Shown here one piece after another: positions 26,109 through 35,042 of a DNA stretch of 47,451 nt. The stretch is from NCBI GenBank assembly GCA_036443495.1, contig JAZFYL010000025.1:1-47451 (forward strand), given 5' to 3'. The DNA is from Gemmatimonadales bacterium. GTDB lineage: Bacteria > Gemmatimonadota > Gemmatimonadetes > Gemmatimonadales > GWC2-71-9. Each line of letters begins with the position of its first letter. Within the stretch, counting starts at the first letter, position 1. The translations under genes were made by a program, and so were the position numbers. The notes beneath the pieces were generated by a model. It made no database searches. It had not been told where the DNA came from and saw only the letters and a program-made list of their open reading frames with translations.

Positions 26109-27772
26109 GCGATGTAGCGAACGACGAACTCAGCGTGGCGTTTCTGAGACTGCAGCGGGAATACATTGCCGAGTTTCCGGCGCGGCTCGCGGAACTGCGG
26201 AAGGATATCGCGGCCCTGGGTGCGGGCGAGCCGGACGCCGCCGTATCCATCAAGAGACGGCTTCACAAGCTGGCTGGTTCAGGAGGGTCGTACGGATTTC
26301 CGGAGCTGAGCCGTGAGGCACGCGATGCGGAGCAGTGGCTAGGCCAACCCGACGCGGGCCCCGATACTGTGGAACGTTTGGATCAGACCGTCGCCAAGCT
26401 GGCCGAGTTGATGGACGAGGCTCCCACGCCAGAGATGCCGGAGGATCAAGGCCGGCCGCTGGATTTTGGATGGCAAGCGCACATCATTGGCCGTGAGCAC
26501 GGGTTGATGGCCGCCTTGACGGAGACCCTGACGGCGGCGGGATTCAAGGTAACATCCGGTTCGGAATCGAACCAAGCCAACACCATCCCCATCTCGGCCC
26601 GACCCGACCTCTTGGTCATCGTCGGCAAGGCCAAGGACTTCGATACTCATGCAACGGCTGCAGCCTGGACCAGCGTACGATCCATCCGTCCTCGGGGCGT
26701 GGTGCTCATCGACACCGGGGACAGTTCTGACCGGTTTGGAGCGGTCGCGGCAGGGGTCGATGCGATCTTCCAACCGGGCCAGATCAACACGGACTTCCCC
26801 CAGTACGCCAAGACCTTGGCCCGCATCGGCGTTCCCCCTTCGAGCGTACTGTTGGTGGAGGACGACCTCGCGCAAGCGCAGTTGGTCGCGTCGGCCCTGG
26901 AGGCATCCAACATCAGGGTCAATCATGCGGAAGATGCGGCACGAGCCCAGGAACTCCTGGCACAAGAGGTTCCCGACCTCATCCTGCTCGACATCGGGCT
27001 ACCCGACATGGACGGGATCACGCTGGCCCGCCTGATCAGGCAGGACCCGCGGTACAGCCTGCTACCGATCGTCTTCCTGACAGCGCGGGCGTCGATGGCG
27101 AGTCATGTCGAAGCGCTGCGGGCCGGCGGGGACGACTTCCTCACCAAACCGATAGACCAGAGCCTCAACCTGTTGCTGCAGGTAGTCATCACCCGGGCCG
27201 AGCGCGGACGTCGCATCCGCGAGATGGTCCACAAGGATGGCCTCACGGGGCTGCTCAACCACGCGACTTTGATGACGGAGTTGGAGAACGCAGTGGAGTA
27301 CGCCAATCGCGGTATCGAATCGTTCACCTTCTTGATGATCGACATCGACCATTTCAAGCGCGTGAACGATCGATACGGACACCTGGTGGGGGATCAGGTC
27401 TTGCTCCACGTCGCCCGGATCTTCCAGAGCACGGCGAGGTCGAGCGATGTGATCGGGCGGTATGGCGGCGAGGAATTCGGGATAATCCTGCGACGCAGCA
27501 ATCAGATCGGGGCTGCCACCGTAGCCGAGAAGCTCCGAACCGCCCTGCGAGAACGGCCGGCCACCACGGAAGACGGCGAACCGATCCCCGTGCAGGTCAG
27601 CATTGGAATCGCCAGCTATCCGGAGGACGGCGCTTCCGCGTCGGTCTTGGCGCATGCTGCGGATCTTGCATTGTATCGGGCGAAGTCTCGTGGGCGGGAT
27701 CGGGTGGAATTGGCCGACCCCGAGGGAGTCGCTGCTACGACTCCCGAGGAGACGCCCGGCGGCGAGGCCTGA
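26105..27772 (+). CDS. HPt - degenerate receiver - REC - GGDEF diguanylate cyclase response regulator
   Basis: HPt (RRLHKLAGSGGSYGF). REC (VLLVEDD...DLILLDIGLPDMDG...LTKP). GGDEF with a GGEEF active site and an RSSD I-site five residues upstream. Confidence 0.88.
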   Translation: MSDVANDELSVAFLRLQREYIAEFPARLAELRKDIAALGAGEPDAAVSIKRRLHKLAGSGGSYGFPELSREARDAEQWLGQPDAGPDTVERLDQTVAKLAELMDEAPTPEMPEDQGRPLDFGWQAHIIGREHGLMAALTETLTAAGFKVTSGSESNQANTIPISARPDLLVIVGKAKDFDTHATAAAWTSVRSIRPRGVVLIDTGDSSDRFGAVAAGVDAIFQPGQINTDFPQYAKTLARIGVPPSSVLLVEDDLAQAQLVASALEASNIRVNHAEDAARAQELLAQEVPDLILLDIGLPDMDGITLARLIRQDPRYSLLPIVFLTARASMASHVEALRAGGDDFLTKPIDQSLNLLLQVVITRAERGRRIREMVHKDGLTGLLNHATLMTELENAVEYANRGIESFTFLMIDIDHFKRVNDRYGHLVGDQVLLHVARIFQSTARSSDVIGRYGGEEFGIILRRSNQIGAATVAEKLRTALRERPATTEDGEPIPVQVSIGIASYPEDGASASVLAHAADLALYRAKSRGRDRVELADPEGVAATTPEETPGGEA

Positions 27773-27785
27773 GGGGCCCGGCGCT

Positions 27786-30341
27786 CTAACCGGCTGCTCG
27801 CGCCGACAACTCGCCGACCGTTTCTCCGGGATCTTCCGGGAACAATAGCCGACCCTCATGCAACGTGGCACCGCGCAGGGTGAGCGCCAACGCCTCCCCC
27901 AACTCGTCCACCAAATGCACCTCGAGTGTCTTCCTGACCTCTTCCGGCAAGTCGTCGAGGTCCGCCTCGTTGTCGGCAGGCAGGACGACCCGGTTGATGC
28001 CGGCTCGGACGGCACCTAGAACCTTCTCCTTTACCCCACCGATCGGCAGAACGCGACCCCGCAGTGTGATCTCCCCGGTCATGGCGATGTCGTTGCTGGC
28101 GGGGCGCCCGGAGAGGGCGGACACCACGGCGGTGGCCATGGCGATCCCGGCGGACGGGCCCTCTTTCGGCACCGCGCCGGCCGGCACATGAATGTGGATG
28201 TCCCGTTCGAACATCTCTTCGTCGATCTGCAGGGCCGCCGCGTGCGTGCGGGCATAAGTCCAAGCCGCCCTGGCAGATTCCTTCATGATGTCACCCAGCT
28301 GACCGGTAAGGACGAGGTCACCCTTGCCACGCATCGTCGAGGCCTCGACGAACATGATGTCGCCGCCAACCGGGCTATAGTACATCCCCGTGGCCACACC
28401 GATTTGATCACGCTCGGCGGCATGCTCGGGATGCACCTTGGGGCGTCCGAGCACACCGCCGAGATCTTCCGCGTCCACCGTCAGGCGTACGACTTCACCG
28501 CTCGCGATACGGCGTGCGACCTTGCGTGCGAGTTTGCCCAGGGCACGCTCCAACTGCCTGACACCGGCCTCGCGCGTATAGGCGGTGATCGTCTCGGCGA
28601 TGGCCTCGTCGGTCACCTGGAGGCGATCCTCATCGAGGCCGCTTTCGAGAAGCTGGCGCGGCAGCAGGTAGCGCCGCGCGATATGCAGTTTCTCACTTTC
28701 AGTGTAGCCGGAGAATTCGACCACTTCCATCCGGTCAAGCAACGCTCCGGGGATGTTTTCGACGAAATTCGCGGTGGCGATGAACAGCACCTCGCTCAAA
28801 TCGAACGGCACACCGAGGTAGTTATCCGTGAAGCTGTCGTTCTGGGCTGGATCGAGCACCTCGAGCAGGGCACTCGCGGGATCGCCCTGGAACGACACGC
28901 CGAGTTTGTCGACCTCGTCGAGCAGGAACACCGGGTTCTTCGCGCCGGCCTGCTTCATCCCCTGAATGATGCGACCCGGCATGGCTCCAACGTATGTGCG
29001 CCGGTGTCCCCGGATGTCGGCTTCATCTCTGGCACCGCCCAACGAGATCCTGACGTACTCACGCCCCATCGCGCGGGCGATGGACTTGGCCACCGACGTC
29101 TTGCCGACGCCGGGGGGGCCGACAAACAGGAGAATCGGGCCTTTCGGTACTTTGTCATCCTCGTTACCCGTCGTGACGCGCTTGAATTCACCGGTGGCGG
29201 ACCCCGGAGCCTTGGGGGACTCGACCGCGGGAGCGGCCCCGTCCCCGTCAGAGTCTGACGGAGCCTCCGCAGGAACCTCGAATTCAGCCGATTGGGCCAA
29301 CTTTTCCTCTGCCTCCGCGCGGAGTTGGCGCACCGCCAGGAATTCGAGCACGCGGTCCTTGACATCGGCCAGGGCGTAGTGATCCTCGTCGAGGATATCG
29401 GCAGCCTTGATCAGGTCGAGGTGATCCTCGCTGCGGATCCCCCAAGGCAACTCGGCGACGTTCTCGAGGAACGTCCGGATCACCTGCGACTCCATCGATT
29501 CTCGCCCGATACGAGATAGCCGACCGAGTTCGCGATCGATCTCCTTGCGTGCCGCACTGGGAAGCGGAAGGTCATTTAACGTTTTGCGCAACTCATCGAG
29601 TTCGTCACCTTCTTCGTCTTCACCCAATTCCTGTTGGATCGTCTTCAGCTGCTCGCGCAGGATCATTTCCCGTTGGCGCTCACCCAGCTCCTCCTGTACA
29701 CGGGACTTGATGTCTTCCTGAGCGTCCAGCACCGTGACCTGCCGCTGAACATGGACTAGTACCCGCCGCAAGCGCTCCTCAACGGAGAGCGTTTCGAGTA
29801 ACAACTGCCGTTGTGCAGGTTCGATGTCGACGTATCCCGCAACCAGGTCGGCGAACTGCCCGGGGTCCGTCACGCCTTCGAGCACCTGCTGCACGATCGG
29901 CTCCGGCAGGCCGGACTTGTGTCCCAACTCGGCGGCCCGTTCACGAGCTTCGCGATATAGAGCGACAAACGCCGGGTCTTCGGGATTGATCGGCGGCAGA
30001 ATCTCCGCCTCCTGCACGATGGCCTCCAGGTAGCCCTCGTGCTCCGAGTACTGCATGGCAATACCGCGATGGTCCCCCTGCAGGAGCAACTGCATCCCAG
30101 CCAGACCTCGTTGGACCTGTCCGATCGTTGCCACGGTGCCGATAGTGTACAGGACTTCGGGGGTGACATCGTCGACGTTCTGTCGCTGCGAGACGGCGAA
30201 GATGAGCTTCTCTTCCGTAGCCAGCGCCGCCTCGATCGCACGGAGCGTCGCCGGGCGACCGGCCCCGATCGGTGCGGTCACTGAAGGAAACAGCACGACC
30301 TCTCGCAGAGGCAGCACCGGGATCGTCGTTCGTTCAGCCAT
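27786..30341 (-). CDS. lon: ATP-dependent Lon protease (LonA)
   Basis: LON N-domain (IPVLPLREVVLFP), AAA+ Walker A GPPGVGKTS, Walker B LLDEVDK, protease PKEGPSAGIAM (catalytic Ser). Start is ATG 30341 or TTG 30350. Confidence 0.93.
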   Translation of the reverse strand: MAERTTIPVLPLREVVLFPSVTAPIGAGRPATLRAIEAALATEEKLIFAVSQRQNVDDVTPEVLYTIGTVATIGQVQRGLAGMQLLLQGDHRGIAMQYSEHEGYLEAIVQEAEILPPINPEDPAFVALYREARERAAELGHKSGLPEPIVQQVLEGVTDPGQFADLVAGYVDIEPAQRQLLLETLSVEERLRRVLVHVQRQVTVLDAQEDIKSRVQEELGERQREMILREQLKTIQQELGEDEEGDELDELRKTLNDLPLPSAARKEIDRELGRLSRIGRESMESQVIRTFLENVAELPWGIRSEDHLDLIKAADILDEDHYALADVKDRVLEFLAVRQLRAEAEEKLAQSAEFEVPAEAPSDSDGDGAAPAVESPKAPGSATGEFKRVTTGNEDDKVPKGPILLFVGPPGVGKTSVAKSIARAMGREYVRISLGGARDEADIRGHRRTYVGAMPGRIIQGMKQAGAKNPVFLLDEVDKLGVSFQGDPASALLEVLDPAQNDSFTDNYLGVPFDLSEVLFIATANFVENIPGALLDRMEVVEFSGYTESEKLHIARRYLLPRQLLESGLDEDRLQVTDEAIAETITAYTREAGVRQLERALGKLARKVARRIASGEVVRLTVDAEDLGGVLGRPKVHPEHAAERDQIGVATGMYYSPVGGDIMFVEASTMRGKGDLVLTGQLGDIMKESARAAWTYARTHAAALQIDEEMFERDIHIHVPAGAVPKEGPSAGIAMATAVVSALSGRPASNDIAMTGEITLRGRVLPIGGVKEKVLGAVRAGINRVVLPADNEADLDDLPEEVRKTLEVHLVDELGEALALTLRGATLHEGRLLFPEDPGETVGELSARAAG

Positions 30342-30712
30342 ATCCCTCAATCACTCCTCGGACGCCACGCTCCGGCGGCCGTGTTTCTGAGATGTTCGTG
30401 CGCGTACCATACCGCCCACCTTACATGCACCGGCGATGCCAGCGGGCCGGACCGTGCGACTACACGGCCGGAATCCCGCATGATGGCTGGCCTTTTCGGG
30501 CTCCGGAGCGATCCATCCAGGCCTCCGGAACAACCACATCCTGCCAATATGACCGATCTTCCCGGCAGAGCCAGGGGCAGAAACCTGCCGATTTGGACCC
30601 GGCGGGCGGATTGGGCGGGGCCAAATCGTTGCTCACTGGACGATCCGCATACAGATTAGGTGGTTACCGAGCAGTGGTAGTTTCCCGCTCCGGCAAGAGG
30701 GCACCCAAGGCA

Positions 30713-32629
30713 ATGACCGACTCGAGCAACTCAGCGCTTCCACAACGCCTGGCCGCGGCGCTGGATGGTTCGTTCACCATCGAAGGCGAAATCGGTCGCG
30801 GTGGGATGGGGGTCGTGTATCGAGCGCGCGACAACCGGCTGAAGCGGCGCGTCGCGATCAAGGTGCTGCCTCCGGAGTTGGCCTTTCAGCAAGAGATTCG
30901 CGAGCGATTCACGCGGGAAGCGCAGACGGCCGCTCGACTCCAACATCCCCACATCGTGCCCATTCACACCGTTGGTGAAGGCGAGGGGTTGGTCTACTTC
31001 GTAATGGGATTGGTTGAAGGCGAGCCCTTGTCCCACCGGATGAAACGGCGGGGACCGCTCCAGATCGAAGAAGTGCGCCGCATCATGAGAGAGACGGCCG
31101 ATGCGTTGAGCGCCGCGCATGCGGTGGAGATCGTCCACCGGGATATCAAGCCCGACAACATCCTGTTGGAGGGTACTCGCGGCCGGGTCATGGTCACCGA
31201 TTTCGGAATCGCGAAGGCGCTTTCCGGGGCATCGGGCGCGACTTTGACCGGCGCCGGCGTCGCGATCGGCACGCCCTCCTACATGAGTCCGGAACAGGCC
31301 GCCGGCGAGCGAGACATCGACGGCCGCTCCGACATCTACAGTCTGGGGATCTGTGCCTATCAGATGGTTACCGGCAAGTTGCCGTTCAAGGCGCCGAACG
31401 TGGCCGGCATCCTGATGAAGCAGATCACCGAGCCGGCTCCCCTGGTTACGTCCTCTCGACGCGACGTCCCGGAAGACCTGTCCCTGGCGATCAGCCGTTG
31501 TCTCGAGAAGGACCCGCAAAACCGGTGGCCGACCGCGGACGGGTTGCGGCGGGCCCTGGAGAGCCGGACCGTTACCGGATACCAGCCGACCGGATTGGGG
31601 TGGAAGGCTGCCAGCCTCCCAGAACCACCGTCCCGGCGCCCCGAGCGGACGTCGCGGGAACGCACCCGCCCGGGGCACCGTCCCCAGAGCCGCAGCAGGT
31701 CACGCCGGCCCTCCGGCGACCGTGCCCTGCCCGTCCGGCGTGCCGGCGAGCGTTCTCCACGGCGCCGACGTTCATGGGACAGCGAGAGAGAGGCCAGCAA
31801 GAAACTCGTTCGTGACACCGGCGAGCCAAAGATCGTCCAGCGGATGCGGGCGCAGTTCGCAGCGTGGGCATCGGTCAACGGCGGCCTGTTCCTTCTGAAC
31901 ATTGCCACGACCCAACTGGACCCTCCCTGGTTCCTTATCCCGGCTGCTGGATGGGGCATCGGCATTCTATCCAGCTACGCCAAGGTGTGGCAGGCCGGGT
32001 ACAGCTGGCGCGACGTCCTGCGCCGGCCTCCCGCGCCGGATTCGGTGGAGCACCAATTGGCCAGCCGCCAGGGCAAGGCCCTGCGGATGTCTCGGCCCAC
32101 GGTACAGGAGTTCGGCGCCCACACGGAAACGATGCTGCAGATGGAGCGCGATCGGGGGGCAATCCTCAAGCAGCTCGAGTCCATGCCGGCCTCGGAGCGC
32201 GACCTGCTGCCGGACGTCTCAAAGACCATCGACGGGTTGTACCAGCGAGCGCAGTATCTCGCCCTAACCCTGGTCGAACTGGACAACCAGGTCGACCCGA
32301 AGGAACTGCGCCGGATCGATCAGCGCCTCGAGACCCTGGAAAGCGAACCGGACGATGAAGAGCGGCAACGCCGCATGAGCTTGCTGGAGCGGCAGCGTGA
32401 CTCGATAGCTTCCTTGAGCAAGCGCCGCAGGAAGACTTCACGCAATCTGGAATCGTGCGTGCTCGCCATTCAGAACGTGCGGTTCGATCTGTTGCGGCTC
32501 AAGTCGGCCAACATGCAGGAGGTGTTGGGTGACCTCACGCAAGCCACCCAACAGGCCCGAGCGCTGTCGCGGGACGTGGACAACGCGATCGGCGCGGTGG
32601 ATGAGGTGAAAGACGCGCTGAGGGGCTAG
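30713..32629 (+). CDS. Ser/Thr protein kinase with Arg/Ser-rich linker, 2-TM segment and coiled-coil C-terminal domain
   Basis: GRGGMGVVY...AIKVL, HRDIKPDNILL, DFGIAK, GTPSYMSPEQ. Then an RS-rich stretch, hydrophobic FAAWASVNGGLFLLNIA...FLIPAAGWGIGILSSY, and a helical tail. Start placed at MTDSSNSA. Confidence 0.88.
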   Translation: MTDSSNSALPQRLAAALDGSFTIEGEIGRGGMGVVYRARDNRLKRRVAIKVLPPELAFQQEIRERFTREAQTAARLQHPHIVPIHTVGEGEGLVYFVMGLVEGEPLSHRMKRRGPLQIEEVRRIMRETADALSAAHAVEIVHRDIKPDNILLEGTRGRVMVTDFGIAKALSGASGATLTGAGVAIGTPSYMSPEQAAGERDIDGRSDIYSLGICAYQMVTGKLPFKAPNVAGILMKQITEPAPLVTSSRRDVPEDLSLAISRCLEKDPQNRWPTADGLRRALESRTVTGYQPTGLGWKAASLPEPPSRRPERTSRERTRPGHRPQSRSRSRRPSGDRALPVRRAGERSPRRRRSWDSEREASKKLVRDTGEPKIVQRMRAQFAAWASVNGGLFLLNIATTQLDPPWFLIPAAGWGIGILSSYAKVWQAGYSWRDVLRRPPAPDSVEHQLASRQGKALRMSRPTVQEFGAHTETMLQMERDRGAILKQLESMPASERDLLPDVSKTIDGLYQRAQYLALTLVELDNQVDPKELRRIDQRLETLESEPDDEERQRRMSLLERQRDSIASLSKRRRKTSRNLESCVLAIQNVRFDLLRLKSANMQEVLGDLTQATQQARALSRDVDNAIGAVDEVKDALRG

Positions 32630-32772
32630 TGGCTGGTGGCTAGTGGCGGGTAGCTGGTGGCTATGAGACAAGAGAAAGAACGGCCCTCGGGATGAACACC
32701 CTGACGGCCGCTTTGTGATACAACAGTTCTTTGTCCACCGTCCACCGACCACCACCAGCCACCAGCCACTAG
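32626..32772. repeat. 16-bp perfect inverted repeat CTAGTGGCTGGTGGCT covering the stop codons of two convergent genes, embedded in GGTGGC-type degenerate repeats
   Basis: Arms at 32626..32641 and 32757..32772. Each gene's mRNA reads UAG UGG CUG GUG GCU at its stop. Confidence 0.85.
32671..32717. terminator. probable bidirectional intrinsic terminator
   Basis: A-rich tract AGAGAAAGAA, then an imperfect GC hairpin CGGCCCTCGGG-ATGAACA-CCCTGACGGCCG, then CTTTGTG, between the convergent kinase and E1 genes. Confidence 0.5.
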
Positions 32773-34901
32773 AACGCCGTCAGATCCACCATGGCAGCCT
32801 TCAGCCCCTCGACTTGGGGCAGGATGACATCCTCCAGGTCGGGGGCATAGGCGACGAAAGTGTCGGTCGCGGCCACACGACGCACAGGCGCATCGAGCCA
32901 GGCGAAGCAATCGTCGGCAATCCGACTCGCGATCTCGGCGCCATAGCCCCAGGAGAGGGAATCCTCGTAGGCCACGACTACCCTGTTCGTCTTGCGGACC
33001 GAATCGAACACGGTGTCCCAATCCACCGGTGCCAACGACCGGAGGTCGATGACTTCGACGCTGGTGCCCCGCTCTTCTTCCACCTGTTTGGCGGCCGTAA
33101 GGGCCCGTTGAACCACGGCGCCGTAGGTCACCACGGTCAGGTCGGTACCGGCCCGAACGATCTTGGCCTTGCCGAACGGCACCATGAAATTGGGGCCCGG
33201 GTTGGGGGCCTTGTTGTAGGTCTGGCGGTAGAGGTGCTTGTGTTCCAGGACCAACACCGGGTCATCGCAGCGGATGGCCGTCCGCAGCAAGCCGTTGGCG
33301 TCCAATGCGGTCGAGGGACACACGACCCGCAGGCCAGGGATCTGGGTAAACACCGATGCCCCCGTCTGGGAGTGATAGATGGAGCCGCCCTTGAGGTACC
33401 CGCCGTAGGTGACGCGCATCACCACGGGTGAAGCGAAGTCGCCGTCGGACCGCCAGCGCATGAGCGCCAGCTCGTTCCGGATCTGCATGTAGGCCGGCCA
33501 GATGTAATCGAAGAACTGGATCTCGACAACGGGTTTCAGCCCTCGTGTGGCCAGGCCGATGGCCCGACCCAGGATATTGGCTTCGGCAAGCGGCGAATTG
33601 TAGACGCGGTCTGAGCCAAACTCTTTTTGCAGACCCCAGGTGACTTTGAACACGCCACCCTTCCCCTTCACATCGTCGAGGTACTCATCGCGGCTGACGT
33701 CTGCGACGTCTTCGCCAAACACCAGTACATGGGGGTCGCGCCGCATCTCGTCCTTGAGGCAGACGTTGAGGAGATCGACCATTGTTGTGGGGTTGCCGGA
33801 GAACTTGGGATCTTCCTCGGTATCGAATTGTTCTGACGTCGGGTCGACATCCGGAGAGTAGACGTTCCGGTAGATCGTGTCGGGAGCGGGCTGGGGTGAG
33901 GCCAACGCGGTAGCGGCGGCCACCTCGACTTCTTCGTCGACCTCTTGCTGAATGCGCTCGATCTCAGCCTCGGTGGCGATTCCTTCACTCATCAGGTACC
34001 GGGGGAACGTGACGAGCGGATCGCGCTCGGCCTCCGAGTCCCGCTCCGTCGACGGTCGATAATGTTTTTCGTCGTCCGAGAGGGAATGGCTGTAGGGCCT
34101 GATGACATGGGCATGCACCAGGGCAGGGCCCCGGCGCCGTCTCGTCCATTCCGCCGCGTCGGTGAGGGCATCGTATGAGGCGAGCGGGTCGCAACCGTCA
34201 ACTTCGATCACTTTGAGGTCCGGAAACCCTTCGACCAGACGGGAGATGGACCCTCCGGGGGTGTTGACCTCGACCGGGACCGAAATGGCGTAGCCGTTGT
34301 CCTGGATGAGATACACGACCGGCAACTTTAGGGTGCAGGCGGTATTGAGGGACTCCCAGAACTCGCCCTCCGAAGTCGTACCATCGCCAGCCGTCACTAG
34401 CACCACCTCGTCCGGCTTGATGCGCTGGTCGCGATCTTCGATCTCCTCGTTCTGGGTGTAGCGGAGCCACGCCTCGGCACACCCGACGGCCTGCAGGAAC
34501 TGGGTGCCCGTCGGACTCGATGAACTGACGATGTTGAGTTCCTTGTGGCCCCAGTGGGACGGCATCTGCCGGCCACCCGAATTCGGATCGTCGGCCGCCC
34601 CCACCGCCGATAGCAACTGCTCCGTGGCCGTCATCCCCAACCCGAGACAAAGTGTCCGGTCGCGGTAGTAGGTGTAGAACCAATCGTACGACGGCCGGAA
34701 AACCTTCGCGGCGGCGGCCTGGATGGCCTCGTGGCCAGCGGCGGAAATCTGAAAGAAGATCTTGTTCTGGCGTTTGAGTTTGATCTCCTTGTCGTCCAGC
34801 ATGCGGGACAAGTAGATCAGGCGATAGATATCGAGTAACTCCGCCTTGCCGAGCTTGGTGGCGTGGGTCAGAGCACGTTCGGAAGTCGTTGGTATTGCCA
34901 T
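32769..34901 (-). CDS. 2-oxoacid (branched-chain/pyruvate-type) dehydrogenase E1 component, fused alpha and beta subunits
   Basis: The N-terminal half has the TPP-binding E1-alpha pattern ([15 protein letters not shown]). The C-terminal half has E1-beta transketolase-like pyrimidine-binding and C-terminal domains ([20 protein letters not shown]). Confidence 0.88.
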   Translation of the reverse strand: MAIPTTSERALTHATKLGKAELLDIYRLIYLSRMLDDKEIKLKRQNKIFFQISAAGHEAIQAAAAKVFRPSYDWFYTYYRDRTLCLGLGMTATEQLLSAVGAADDPNSGGRQMPSHWGHKELNIVSSSSPTGTQFLQAVGCAEAWLRYTQNEEIEDRDQRIKPDEVVLVTAGDGTTSEGEFWESLNTACTLKLPVVYLIQDNGYAISVPVEVNTPGGSISRLVEGFPDLKVIEVDGCDPLASYDALTDAAEWTRRRRGPALVHAHVIRPYSHSLSDDEKHYRPSTERDSEAERDPLVTFPRYLMSEGIATEAEIERIQQEVDEEVEVAAATALASPQPAPDTIYRNVYSPDVDPTSEQFDTEEDPKFSGNPTTMVDLLNVCLKDEMRRDPHVLVFGEDVADVSRDEYLDDVKGKGGVFKVTWGLQKEFGSDRVYNSPLAEANILGRAIGLATRGLKPVVEIQFFDYIWPAYMQIRNELALMRWRSDGDFASPVVMRVTYGGYLKGGSIYHSQTGASVFTQIPGLRVVCPSTALDANGLLRTAIRCDDPVLVLEHKHLYRQTYNKAPNPGPNFMVPFGKAKIVRAGTDLTVVTYGAVVQRALTAAKQVEEERGTSVEVIDLRSLAPVDWDTVFDSVRKTNRVVVAYEDSLSWGYGAEIASRIADDCFAWLDAPVRRVAATDTFVAYAPDLEDVILPQVEGLKAAMVDLTAF

Positions 34902-35042
34902 AGATAGGGGTGCGGCCAGTGGTCCGGGTCGAGTGAGATTTAGCCTTGAAAGATACTCGCCCCGAATGATCGGGGTAAGTGGAACTCAGGGTCGCGGATT
35001 GCCAAAAAACCTTTCAGCAATAGGCCCGCGGCGTTGTTTGGG

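Noticed and set aside
27062-28015. 317-aa minus-strand ORF, plus 28188..29258 (plus) and 30731..31678 (minus)
   Set aside because: These are antisense or alternate frames of the GGDEF, lon and kinase genes respectively, all with Arg/Pro/Gly-rich junk translations.
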